A DNA stretch of 64,000 nt from the human T2T-CHM13v2.0 reference genome, Homo sapiens: NCBI RefSeq assembly GCF_009914755.1, contig NC_060926.1, one strand, 5' to 3'. The notes beneath the pieces are model-generated. The model was not told the origin of the DNA. It made no database searches and saw only the letters and a list, made by a program, of their open reading frames with translations. Position numbers and translations under genes: made by a program. This document shows, in pieces, positions 1 through 10,689 of the stretch (position 1 is its first letter; each line of letters opens with the position of its first letter).

Positions 1-453
1 GCATGCTGATTGAATGTGGTGAAAAGGAAGTAGAAATATTCTGGCAAAATACATGCATACCAGAGAGTAGGAAATAAATCCAACAAAATTTCAGCAATCT
101 GCTACTTCAGTGAAATTCCAGGAACTTGAGAGTTCTGAAGCACGTTGAGATCTATTCTCCAAAATTAAGGGCTAAATCTTGTATCTGATATCTTCTACCA
201 CTAAGAAAGGCATATAATAGCTAGCAACCTATCTGAATACTGGAGGCAAGATATACTCACATAAATCGTGTATGAAACAAATAATTTACAAAGACCTCTG
301 TTAGGCTTCCAGTTTAGAATGTTTGAGTGGGGCGCAGAGTAAAATACATCTCTGTAATGTGTACAGTGTACTGTGCAAGCTGCTCATTCACTTACACCAT
401 ATGACCTAGCAGATGGAATAGTACTTGCAGTACATGTAGCAGGCAGGGATGCT
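1..453 (+). mobile_element. Decayed ERVL-class pol fragment (RT C-terminus/connection region)
   Basis: Translation through stops and frameshifts gives MLIECGEKEV..., HTRE*EINPTKFQQSATSVKF..., LYLISSTTKK, WRQDI, FEWGAE...VQAAHSLTPYDLADGIVLAVHVAGRDA. These follow the order of ERVL pol motifs as I recall them (WEINPTKIQGPSTSVKF, PPTTKKEAQ, FWRQHI, FEWGPEQ, LGPYDPAD). Confidence 0.85.
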
Positions 454-824
454 ACCCCATTCTCTTTGACCAGTTGGGTAAATGCCTTTTGATTCCTTCA
501 CTCTCTTTTCACTGAACTTTTCAGAGGGGAAAAGAAAAGTATGTCTTCAATCTGCCCTGTTTAAGCATAACACCCTATCATTTTACAGGAGAATTGATCT
601 TATGGGAATTCAGGACTGAGATAAGTACCAAAATGTACTTCTTTATATTTACTTCTACAATTTCTATAACTCTCTAAAATCTAATTCATAGTCAATTATT
701 GAATTAACCAGTGCCAGTTCTATGACCTACACTGCACGTGTGATAAGTACAATAGTTACACCTTTTCTAAATGGACTCTGCTAGTACACCCCTAATTTGG
801 AGGACTTGAAAACTAGAAATTTGA

Positions 825-1000
825 CTTCAGAAGACCTGAATATGAGGTCTGGTGTTTCCTTACTATAGGACTCTGGACAAAATCATTTCAACTCTCTGTG
901 AACCTCAGGTTTATCTTATTTAAAGAGCAGGTGATAGTACTTGTTTTACAAAGCCAATATGATAATTAATATAAGATAATGCATATGAAACTTTCTGTAA
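825..1000 (+). mobile_element. MIR SINE remnant
   Basis: MIR core-like text: GAAGACCTGAA...GGACAAAATCATTTCAACTCTCTGTGAACCTCAGGTTT...AAGATAATGCATATGAAA. Confidence 0.65.
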
Positions 1001-1974
1001 GACCAGTCACTCAACAAGTAGAATTATAAATAGGAAATGGCCAACATCACCTGGTAATGCAAGTAAAAGTTATCTTTATTGGCTTAGCTACACCTCCCGG
1101 GAACCATCTAATAAAGAATTGTCATTGTCATGTGCAAAGCCCTGTGTAAGTAAAATTAATCTTTTGGATGGGAACATCAGCAGAAACAAGAGATCCACCA
1201 ATTATCCCCTGGTGATGCAGAACATGGAACATAACAAAGGGTTTAACTCTTCTTGGCTTACAATTAACCTTACAGTTAAGAATGGTGTATAAGAAAAAGA
1301 GAGATTATTAGAAACCAAAATGAATAGGTCAGTAGGCTGTCAGCAAAAAGAAATCTTAATATTGAAAAATAAAGTATTACATATCTACAAAAAATTATCT
1401 CAGTTCTGATACTATACATAGGGAGACAGAAAATCACTGCCAACTTTGATATTACAGAAGAAGTTGTGAAAAAAAGCTTGTCAATATATTTTTAGAAAAT
1501 TTAAATTTTTTAAGTTTGAAAAATGAAATAGGACTAGTCCATTAAAATATATTGTTAGAAAAAAACAGCTGCTGACAATTTGATAAATTATTCATCCAAG
1601 AGTCTCACTAATGTAAAACAACTTCTCCCACATATGTTGACAGAGGAAGAACTATCTACCAAAAACGATGAAACAGAATAATTTTAGGACACTTCTGAAA
1701 TGATTAGAAAATCCATTTGTCTTCTAAGTCTCTGCTCTTAATTTTAAACTAAAATTATTGGTCATTTATGCCAAAAATTTGATGCAACGTTTAAAAAATA
1801 CTTATGGTACACAAAATGCTATTTTGGCAACATAGCAGAATTCAACATAGTCTTTTGTAATAGAAACGGAAAATTTGGGAAAAGAAAACAGCAGAATGTG
1901 ACTATGATATTGCCTTAACTAACATTTTGGTTGAAAGAAAAAGAGAGACTTGATGGACACAGAGATGCACAACC

Positions 1975-2710
1975 CAGATCTGCTACAGGGAAGGACCCCT
2001 TGTCAGCACCTTCAGGGATTTCTTTGTAGCAGAAAGCAACTGGGCCCAGACCACACCCTGTCCATGATGACCCACATTGAATGATTGACTAATGGAAGAG
2101 GGATATGATGGCGTTGCCATTTCAATGCAATATGGGCAACTCCTACTGGTCATTTTGGCTTCAGAGCTTTGTGCATGGTTAGCTGGGGTCATCATAGGGA
2201 ATTTCACACAGCTCAACAATTTCTGGGCCCAATCCCACTTCCTCCCTGGTACGATTTGTATCTATGTCCCCACACAAACCTCATGTCCAGTTGTAATCCC
2301 CAGTGTTGGAGGAGGGACCTGGTAAGAGGTGATTGGATCACGGGAGCAGACTTCCCCCTTGCTGTTCTCATGATAGTGAGTGAGTTCTCACTAAATCTGG
2401 TTGTTTCTAAGTGTGCAGCACCTCCCACTTCCCTCTCTTTCTTCCTGCTCTGGCCACATACTACATGCCTGCTTCCTCTTCGCCTTCCGCCATGATTAAA
2501 AGTTTTCTAAGGCCTCCCCAGCCATGCTACCTGTACAGCCTGTGGAACCATGAGCCAATTAAACCTCTTTTCTTTATAAATTACCCAGTCTCAGGTATTT
2601 CTTTATAGCAGTGCAAGAATGCACGAATACACTCCCCTTATTTTTCAAGGGCACTCTAATAAACATTCTGCAAACTAAACTTCATCTCATAGTCCACTTC
2701 GCAAACAATT
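1975..2710 (+). mobile_element. LTR16-family (ERVL) LTR, split by an MST LTR
   Basis: GCCCAATCCCACTTCCTCCC left of the MST insertion and GGGCACTCTAATAAACATTCTGCAAACTAAACTTCATCTCATAGTC right of it match the LTR16 3' part. Confidence 0.65.
2247..2631 (+). mobile_element. MSTA-like MaLR solo LTR
   Basis: TG...CA termini, AATTAAACCTCTTTTCTTTATAAATTACCCAGTCTCAGG 3' motif, perfect 5-bp TSD CTCCC (2242-2246 / 2632-2636). Confidence 0.92.
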
Positions 2711-4069
2711 TGCAATAAAGAGCAAATAGCAGAAGTTAAGTATCAACTATTTCACCATTTCCTCATTCATTTATCAATTCAACAAGCACTAATTTAGTGC
2801 CAATTGTAAAGTAAATTAAATTGTGAGAATTTGCAGGAAAGAAAAAGCATTTATACATCAAAGAACTTTATAATCTATTGAAGATTATAAATTGCAATGA
2901 AACTGTAAATTGCAGTAAAAGAGGATAAGTCCTAGAAAGTAGATATGAAAAGCCCCCTACAGAATAACAGAGAAGGAATGAACTTCCTTGCCCAGGAAAT
3001 CAAGCAAAGAAAGAGAAAAAAAAAAAAAACCCTGGATTTGTGTTGACTCTGGTTAGATAAGCAGGCATTTTGGGTTGAACTTAGGAAATGGTGCCCACCC
3101 TTATTTAGATTCCAAGACAACACTAGGGCATTTGTTAAAGAAGGTATACCCTGTTCCAATGCATTTGAATAATGCACTGTATAAATAGTCTCCCTTATTC
3201 ACCAGTGACAGAACTATCATTTTGATATCAATAGAAGTTCCAATAGGTTTTGAGTTGATGAGGGTGGCAATCATGGTTAAATAAACTATCATTATTTAGA
3301 ACTAGACATTTATGCCTTTGCCAAAAAGGAACTGATTTTGGCTCCTGAAGTCTTTATGAAGTCCTTTTGTGGCCAGTATATAGGGGCATAATTTTGCCTT
3401 TTTGTGTTTTAATTGGCTTGTTTTTCTTGTGTTTTTATTAGAAAACTACAGGGCAAGCAGGTAATCTTTTGAAATTTATTTAAGGACACCTAGCATGCAA
3501 AAACTGACTACCAAATCGGTTTGTGAAAAAGGAGCCCACAGCATAGTGGAAAGTACAAAACCTACATTTCTAATTCTTGTTCCCAAGGAATATGATTAAA
3601 AAGATATGATGGTGCAAACCAGAAAGACCCTAACTAACATAAGAGAGCAAGGATGGAGACCCCTTTAGATGCAGACACCCAGACTTATTGCCTATGTTCT
3701 AGAAAACAGAGGCTGAACACCCAAGGTGAAGGTCAATATATGGATCCTGGCAATTAGGGGATGAAACCATTCTCACTGACAAACTGCAACAGGCTAGGAG
3801 GATAGCTGGAAAAGTGAACCATAATTGAAGCATGATCCAAGACCAGACCAGCTCCATCTGATGAAGATGGAAGAAGCAGTTTCCAACACCTGAGCCCAAA
3901 GTCAGGGCATCCCAGGAGTGGATGGACCATACGCTAGAGTGCTCTTCATTTGGGTGTGGAAGTCAGAATAGACTACCAGGCACCCAAACACCATGTTCCT
4001 CCTTGGAATGCAACCTGATGTGGAGGAGGATGTCCAGGTGGAAATATTGAACTTGCTGAGTAAATATAA

Positions 4070-4500
4070 AATTTAATCATAGCCCAAAAGTGGAAACAAC
4101 CCAAAGCCCACCAACTTGTGAACAGATGAATGAAATATACTATATCTAAGCAATGAAATACTATTGGGAATAAAAAATAACAAACTACTACAGCACAGAT
4201 AATTCTCAAAATTGTGAAAAGAAAGAAGCCTAACACAAAAGACCACATAGTGCCTAATCCATTTATATGAAATATCCACAAAAAAAAGTAGATTAGTGGT
4301 CACCAAAGCTGGCAGTGGAAACTGGGCTTGACTGCAAATGGGATGTAGAATCCTAAGAGGATGATGACAATGTTATAAAATTGTAGTTATGGTTGCACAA
4401 CTCTGTAAATTTACTAAAATTTATTAAATAATTGTACACTTTTAAATGGTTGAATATTATGATATATAAATTATACCTCAAGAAAACTGTTAAAAATAAA
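4070..4500 (+). mobile_element. Old L1 (L1MB-like) ORF2 end and 3' UTR
   Basis: TAGCCCAAAAGTGGAAACAACCCAAA...ATGGTTGCACAACTCTGTAAATTTACTAAAA...ATTATACCTCAA, ending A-rich. Confidence 0.85.
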
Positions 4501-5113
4501 AGACATTTGACATTTTTTCTTTAATTCCATGCACTAGATTACAAATGATTTCTGTAACTTCATTAGTCCTCAAAACCGCAAGAGGAAAAACTTATTTCTT
4601 CTAAAGAATGATCTGACATAGCCATGGCCTAGGATATTTGAGAAGAAAAATAGCATGAATTATAAGTTAAATGTAAAAAGAACTTTAACCTCAAAATTGG
4701 GCATGTAATTTACAGACAGCTAATTCTCAATTAGCAGAAAATATATTCTTTACATGGTCCTAACCGTAAAAATCGTCATGCTGTCTTCCCAGATTAGTTC
4801 TTGGACAGATACTATTATTTGTCCATTAATCTCTGCTGCCATTTCTTTTAGCATCTCATTTAAGACCTACCAGTACAAAGAATCTGTCCTCCCATGAGGA
4901 GTTTTTAAAAGAAAATATTAAACCTGAAGTATTAATTTGTCCCAGTAATAATTATTCAGGACTGCTTGCGTTCCCAAAGTTATAAATCCAATAATAGCTG
5001 AAAAAGAGAATATTCTTATATATTTAGTTATCAGATACTTTGTTACTAGACTCAGAAATATCTTAACAAGACTGAGGATACATTTTATCGCTTCAGAAAA
5101 GAAGGATTTATAC

Positions 5114-5434
5114 CAGTGGTCCTCACCTTTTTGGCACCAGGAAGCAGTTTCATGGAAGACAGTTTTTCCATGGATCAGGCCGGGGGTTGGGGAGAATAGT
5201 TTCAGGATGATTCAAGTGCATTACACTTATCATTAGATTCTCAAAAGGAGTTTGCAACCCTATGCAAGATCCCTCACATGCACAGTTCACAATTGGGTTT
5301 GAGCTTCTATGAGAATCTAATGTCACTGCTGATCTGACAGAAAGTAGAGCTCAGGCAGTAATGCTCACTCGCCCACAGTGGCTCACCTCCTGCTGTGAGG
5401 CCCGGTTCCTAACAGGCCACGGACCAGTACCATG
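5114..5434 (+). mobile_element. MER1B-like non-autonomous hAT (Charlie) DNA transposon
   Basis: Starts CAGTGGTCCTCACCTTTTTGGCACCAGG, contains GAGAATCTAATG...GCTGATCTGACAG and GTTCCTAACAGGCCACGGACC; degenerate 8-bp TSD ATTTATAC / GTTTATAT. Confidence 0.9.
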
Positions 5435-5713
5435 GTTTATATTACCTATAATGCTGTTTTGTCTGATACATTCTCTCTCTTTCTCTCTCTTCCTCTCTCA
5501 TAAATATTTGACATATTAGCATTGCTCTATTAATTAGCTCAAAAATATTTACTGGACTGCTACTACAAATGAGTGCTGGCATTTAATGCTGAAGACTTAA
5601 CATGACATTATCTCCAACTTCAAGAAGCGTTCAGTTTAATGATTTTTAACCCAATTTTTTTTATGATCATGCATATGTAATAGATCAATTTAAAATGCAT
5701 TTTCATTGGAAAG

Positions 5714-6087
5714 TGATATGGTTCAGCTATGTCTCCATCCAAATCTCATCTTGAATGGTAGTTCCCACAATCCCCATGTGTCCTGGGAGAGATCTGGTGG
5801 GAGGTAATTGAATCATGGGTGCGGTTACTTTCATGCTGTTCTCAAGATAGTGAGTGAGTTCTCAGGAAATCTGATGGTTTTATAAGGGGCTTTTCCCCAT
5901 TTGCTCAGCACTTCTCTCTCCTGCCACCTTGTGAAGAAGGACGTGTTTGCTTCCCCTTCTGCCATGATTGGAAGTTTCCTGAAGCCTTCCCAGCCATGCA
6001 GAGCTGTGAATCAATTAAACTTCTTTCCTTTATAAATTACACAGTCTTGGTTATTTCTTCATAGCAGCATGAGAAGGGACTAATACC
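5714..6087 (+). mobile_element. THE1C/THE1D-like MaLR solo LTR
   Basis: TGATATGGTT start, GACTAATAC end, perfect TSD GAAAG (5709-5713 / 6088-6092). Confidence 0.93.
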
Positions 6088-7254
6088 GAAAGTGAAAGAT
6101 AACTTTTTGTGTTAAAAGATTTTTTGAAAAATTTTAAGTTTCATATATATGATTATTATTATTATTAATTATATGTATATGAATATATATATAATTAATC
6201 TCCCTGGATATTTTTCTATGAAATTATTTAGCTTTTATTTTGTGTAGATCTCAGCATTAAATATATATCTAACATCATATCATATTCTTCATTTTGTGAG
6301 GGAATTGTAGAACTCTTATTTTGCACAAAGCATTAGGATTTAGCTGTATTTTGAAGGTGAAAAAACTGCGGCTGTAAGAGTTAGAGTCTAATTTCCTGCG
6401 CTTATCTATTGACTGACTTGCTCTCTTCGCTATTACGTACATTTTTCTCAGCTCTCCTCACTCTCAGTCGATGACATGGAAAATTTAAGCAAGGTTTTAA
6501 GGAACCAGGAAAGAATGTCAACAAATTCCTCTACCACATCTGCATGCTTTCCAGCATCTGTCCTCACAAACTCACCATCCTTTCTATGATCAGAGATGCA
6601 CTATCCATGCTCCAACCTAAAGAAAATCTCTTAATGTGTGCACTTGATTCCACCTCTTCTTGCCATCCCAAGGGCATTGTTTCAGAAATTGTTCAGTCAG
6701 TTTCCTACACAATCCATATTTCCCTCTCTACTGCATCATTCCCATCAATACACAAACCTGCTTCCATTCTCCCATTGTTTAAAAGGAAATCTCATCTTGA
6801 CTTCTAAATATTGCCTAATTTCTCTGCTTCCTACTACAGCAAAATGCTATGTATATTGAATGCTATGTATGCCATCCCCAAAATGCTCTGTATACTGAAG
6901 TCTTTAATTTCTCTACTCCATTTCCTTCTTAAAATCCCAAAAGGCCTTTTGTTCCCACCACTTCACCAAATGATCAAGTCACCAATGACTATATATAGTG
7001 AAATACATTAATTAATTCTTGATTCACAATTTACTAGTTTTTTTTTTTAACATTGTATACAACTGATAAACAGTTCTTCTTTAAAGCGCTTTATTCACTG
7101 GGCTATCAAGGATTCTTTTAGCTTTCCTCCAACCTCACTGATTGTTCCTTCTATGTCTCCTTTGCTCCTATTCTGCTTGATGCCTCAAGGGAGTATTCCA
7201 GGACTTGAAGCACTGTCTACATTCACTCTTTGGGTCACTCTTGGTGATTCTGCT

Positions 7255-7542
7255 TTTTGTTGTTGTTGTTCCAGCCTAAATGCAGGAGTACAGAGGCATG
7301 ATCATAGCTGAGGGCAACCTTGAACTCTTGGGCTCAAGCAATACTTCCTCCTCAGCCTCCCAAGTAGTTAGGACTACAGGCCCTTGCCGCCATACCTGGC
7401 TAATATATTAAATATGTTGTAGAGACAGGGCCCTGCTGTGTTGCCCAGGCTGGTCTCAAACTCCTAGCCTCAGGCAATCCACTTGCCTTGGCATCCCAAA
7501 GTGCTGACATTACAGCCATGAGACTGTAATGACACCTGGTCC
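7255..7542 (-). mobile_element. AluJ-type SINE
   Basis: Antisense Alu: CTCAAGCAAT...CTCAGCCTCCCAAGTAG...TGTTGCCCAGGCTGGTCTCAAACTCCT...CCCAAAGTGCTG; strongly diverged, (TTG)n tail. Confidence 0.92.
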
Positions 7543-8064
7543 ACATTCTGTTTGGTGAAGCTGGGACAGGAACTCTGCAAATCACACTTCTCTTTTGTCT
7601 GCTGGTCCCATTTATGTTCTGCCATTTGGAGGTGCGACAGGTAAATCAAAAGATTGGGAGAGGGAGAAGAAACTTGAACCACAATGGCCCATCACACTGG
7701 AAGACACAGCTAATTCCAGTAGTGGCAGTTTTTCACTTTCCTTGGGGAGATTGTAGGGTCCTCGCACCCTACATTACCACAATCAGTCTCCTTATGCCCT
7801 CTCAGAAACACCAGGCACATGGTGTCACCTCCTCAGAGGTCTGAACCCTAGCCCCATGGACCTCTCTTCCAAGCCTTTAAATTTGATTAATCCCAAACTC
7901 TGTTTTGCTTCCCCAGCCAAGGTGTGAAGTTATTACATATGTGATTCCTTATTAGTGCTTTGTTGTCTTCTTGTTGCTCTAATACCTAACGTCTATTTTA
8001 ATTGCATCCCCCAGTTAAAATAATGGTATGGTTTCTGCTTCCTGGTTGGACAGTGACCATCACA
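7543..8064 (+). mobile_element. LTR33-family (ERVL) LTR
   Basis: GCTGGGACAGGAACTCTGCAAATCACACTTC near the start and GGTTTCTGCTTCCTGGTTGGACAGTGACCATCACA at the end; GTGAT at 7244-7248 and 8065-8069 may be its TSD. Confidence 0.7.
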
Positions 8065-8792
8065 GTGATCTGCTCTTACAATACAGTTTGAAATATCACC
8101 TTACGCTGATGATTCCCAGATCTTTCTTCTAAACTTCAGACTTGTATTAGGTTGAATGATGCTAACTTGATAATTTTATAGTTATATGCAATTAAATATC
8201 AGCAACTTCACGTGTTTTAACACCAATATAAAACTAATAGACATCTCATGTCCAAAACAAAACCCTCCATCAACTTTTCTGACTCTCACATCTCAGTTTT
8301 ATGGCATCATCACACCTTCCAGTTGCTCAGGCAAAAATTATGGAGTTGTCCCTAACTCTTCTCTGCCTACACCCCACATTCAAACTATAAGCAAATACTG
8401 TTGGCTCTACTTTCAAAACATATGCAAAATTTGGTCATTTATCACTACTCCCAACACCAACCTGAACTGAATATCAACTCTCATCTGGTTTATTGTGATA
8501 CATCCTAACTAGTCTTCCTACCTCCCCTTACAGTTATTCTCATCAAAACACCCAGAATAGTCCCTTTAAGTCATAAATCAGATGATGTCACTCTTCCACT
8601 AAAAATCCTACAGTGGTTTCCCACTTTAGCTAGGATAAAATCTCCACCAACGGTGGTCTCCTTGGTATGATTTGAACATTCCAGGCAAACTCCTGCCTTA
8701 TAGTCATTATGCTGAGATTAACAGAATGTTCTTCCCTGAGATATCTGCTGGAATATCCTTCACACTTATTTCAAGACTTTGTGAAATACTAC

Positions 8793-9461
8793 TGTTATGG
8801 ACTGAACTGTTGCCCCTGCAAATTCATATGTTGAAGTCCTAATCCCCAGCACCTCAGAATGTGAAATATGAGTCTTTACAGAGGTAATTAAGTTAAAGGT
8901 AGGTCATTGTTGTAGGTCCCAATTCAAAGTGGCTGGTGTCCTTATAAAACGGGGGAATTTCGAGACAGGCATGCACATAGGGACAAGACCATGAAGGTAA
9001 AGATGGCCATGTACAGGCCAAGGAAAGGGGCCTGAAACAGATCCTTCCCTCATAGTCCTCAGAAGGAACCAAGCCTGCCAACACTTTGATTTAGGACTTC
9101 TGGCCTCCAGAACTCTGAGAGAATACATTTTTGTTGATTAAGCATCCAGTCTGTGGTACTTTGTTACACCAGCCCTGGCAAACTAATACACCCCCTCACA
9201 AGAGTAGATGTACCTTAGGCACTAGATAAAGCCCATACTCAATCTGGCCTTTGGGAGCTGGGGACATTCAGAAAAAAAATTCTGTGAAGACACAGGGGGA
9301 AATGCCCATCTACATACCAAGTTGAGAGGCTTCAGAAGAAACTAATCTTACCTACACCTTAACTTTGGACTTCTCAATTCCAGAATTGTGAGAAAATACA
9401 TTTCTGTTTAAGCCATCCATTGTCTGCGATATTTGTAATGGCAGCTCTAGAAGACTAATAC
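8793..9461 (+). mobile_element. Composite MLT1B-like LTR: full LTR, 77-bp non-LTR segment, second 3' half LTR
   Basis: TGTTATGGACTGAA start; AAACTAATACA at 9190; second LTR half TGTGAAGACACAGGG...AGACTAATAC at ~9283-9461. See findings. Confidence 0.9.
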
Positions 9462-9607
9462 CTTCACCTTCTCAATGAGGCAACCCTAACCATTCTAATT
9501 AAAATTGCAATCAACCAAACCTTGGTACCCCATGCCCATCTACCTTGCCTGTTTTTGTATTTCTCTTTGCAGAGAATACCTTCAAACTGATCATATAGTT
9601 ATTTTAC

Positions 9608-10015
9608 TCAGAGAATGCTAGATTGCAGTATAAATAAAGCCAATGCTAGATTGCAGTATAAATAAAGCCACTTAAGAACCAAACACAATACAATTTTATT
9701 TGTCACAGGTGAAACAGTCATTGCTGTGTTTCTGGTCAGAGGGCAGCTTTTCTTTACATAGTGATTCAGTGCATGGCCCCTTCCATTCTGTGGCTCCATC
9801 ATTTCCTGGGACCTTGGGATGCATGAAGTCAGAAGACAAATGAAGGTGAACATGCAGGGTCATGTCAGCCTTGGCCAGAAAATGGCACTCTCTGCTTCCA
9901 GTCGCACTGGCAAGAATGTAGTCATAGAGCACATCTAACTGCAAGATGACCTGGGAAATATAGTCTAGCTATGTGCCCAGGAAATGTAAAAATAGAATAG
10001 ATAAACATCTCTTCC
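9608..10015 (-). mobile_element. Old MaLR LTR (MLT1K/L-like)
   Basis: GTCATAGAGCACATCTAACTGCAAGATGACCTGGGAAATATAGTCTAGCTATGTGCCCAGGA resembles antisense old MLT1. Confidence 0.7.
9614..9669. repeat. Perfect 28-bp tandem duplication
   Basis: AATGCTAGATTGCAGTATAAATAAAGCC at 9614-9641 and 9642-9669. Confidence 0.98.
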
Positions 10016-10689
10016 ATGATAGCTTCCTGATTTCTCATGTTTATTGTTTAGCCATTGTCTCCCTCACTAAAATGCAATCTCCACGAGAGCAAGAGACTTT
10101 GCAGGCTTTGTTTATTGATGTATTCCATGAAACTGGACTAGTGCCAGGTACAGAGTAGTCACTCAAAAATATTTAACTAATAAATTAATGAATACCACAT
10201 GTTGTATGGGAAAGAAAAGGAGGAAGGATTATCCACACATTTGGAGAATTTGCTTTCTTTGGGGGAGCATAAAACATTCTTACAAATATACAGTTAAAAG
10301 GTAAAAAACATAAGTTGAATAGTGGGTAGAGGACACACAGTGTACATAAGCAATAAGACAACTCATTGCCAAGGGTGGAACCAGCTTTGGTTTAGATAAG
10401 AATTTGGGGTATTGGATTTAAATTAGCTGAAAAATATGAATGTCATTGTGTGGTTCATAATTGCTTAGAGGAAATTCAGAGCTCTTAGGAGGTATTTCGT
10501 AAGTTCTTAAAATAATGAACTATTTTTATAAAAATTTACTAAAACCCATCTTCTTTTAGCAATTGTTTTGCAAGGAACAGTGTGAAATGGTTTAAACATA
10601 TTACATCATTTAATCTTCAAACAATCCTAACAAGTTGGTATGTTTATTTTTTTACCGAGGAATTTGAGGAAAATAGGACTTTTAATTTA

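Larger units (their letters stand above)
6480..10195 (+). mobile_element. Long L2 LINE (RT region to 3' end) fragmented by nested insertions
   Basis: ORF 6544-6807 reads CALDSTSS...ISLSTASFPSIHKPASILPLFKRKSHLD, like L2/CR1 RT. Collinear L2 pieces lie at ~6480-7248, 8065-8792, 9462-9607 and 10020-10195, the last with an L2-type tail. Confidence 0.8.

Noticed and set aside
3640-4050. Purine-rich exon-like segment after an AG at ~3702
   Set aside because: All three frames hit stops soon after the putative acceptor, and I cannot assign it to a gene or repeat.
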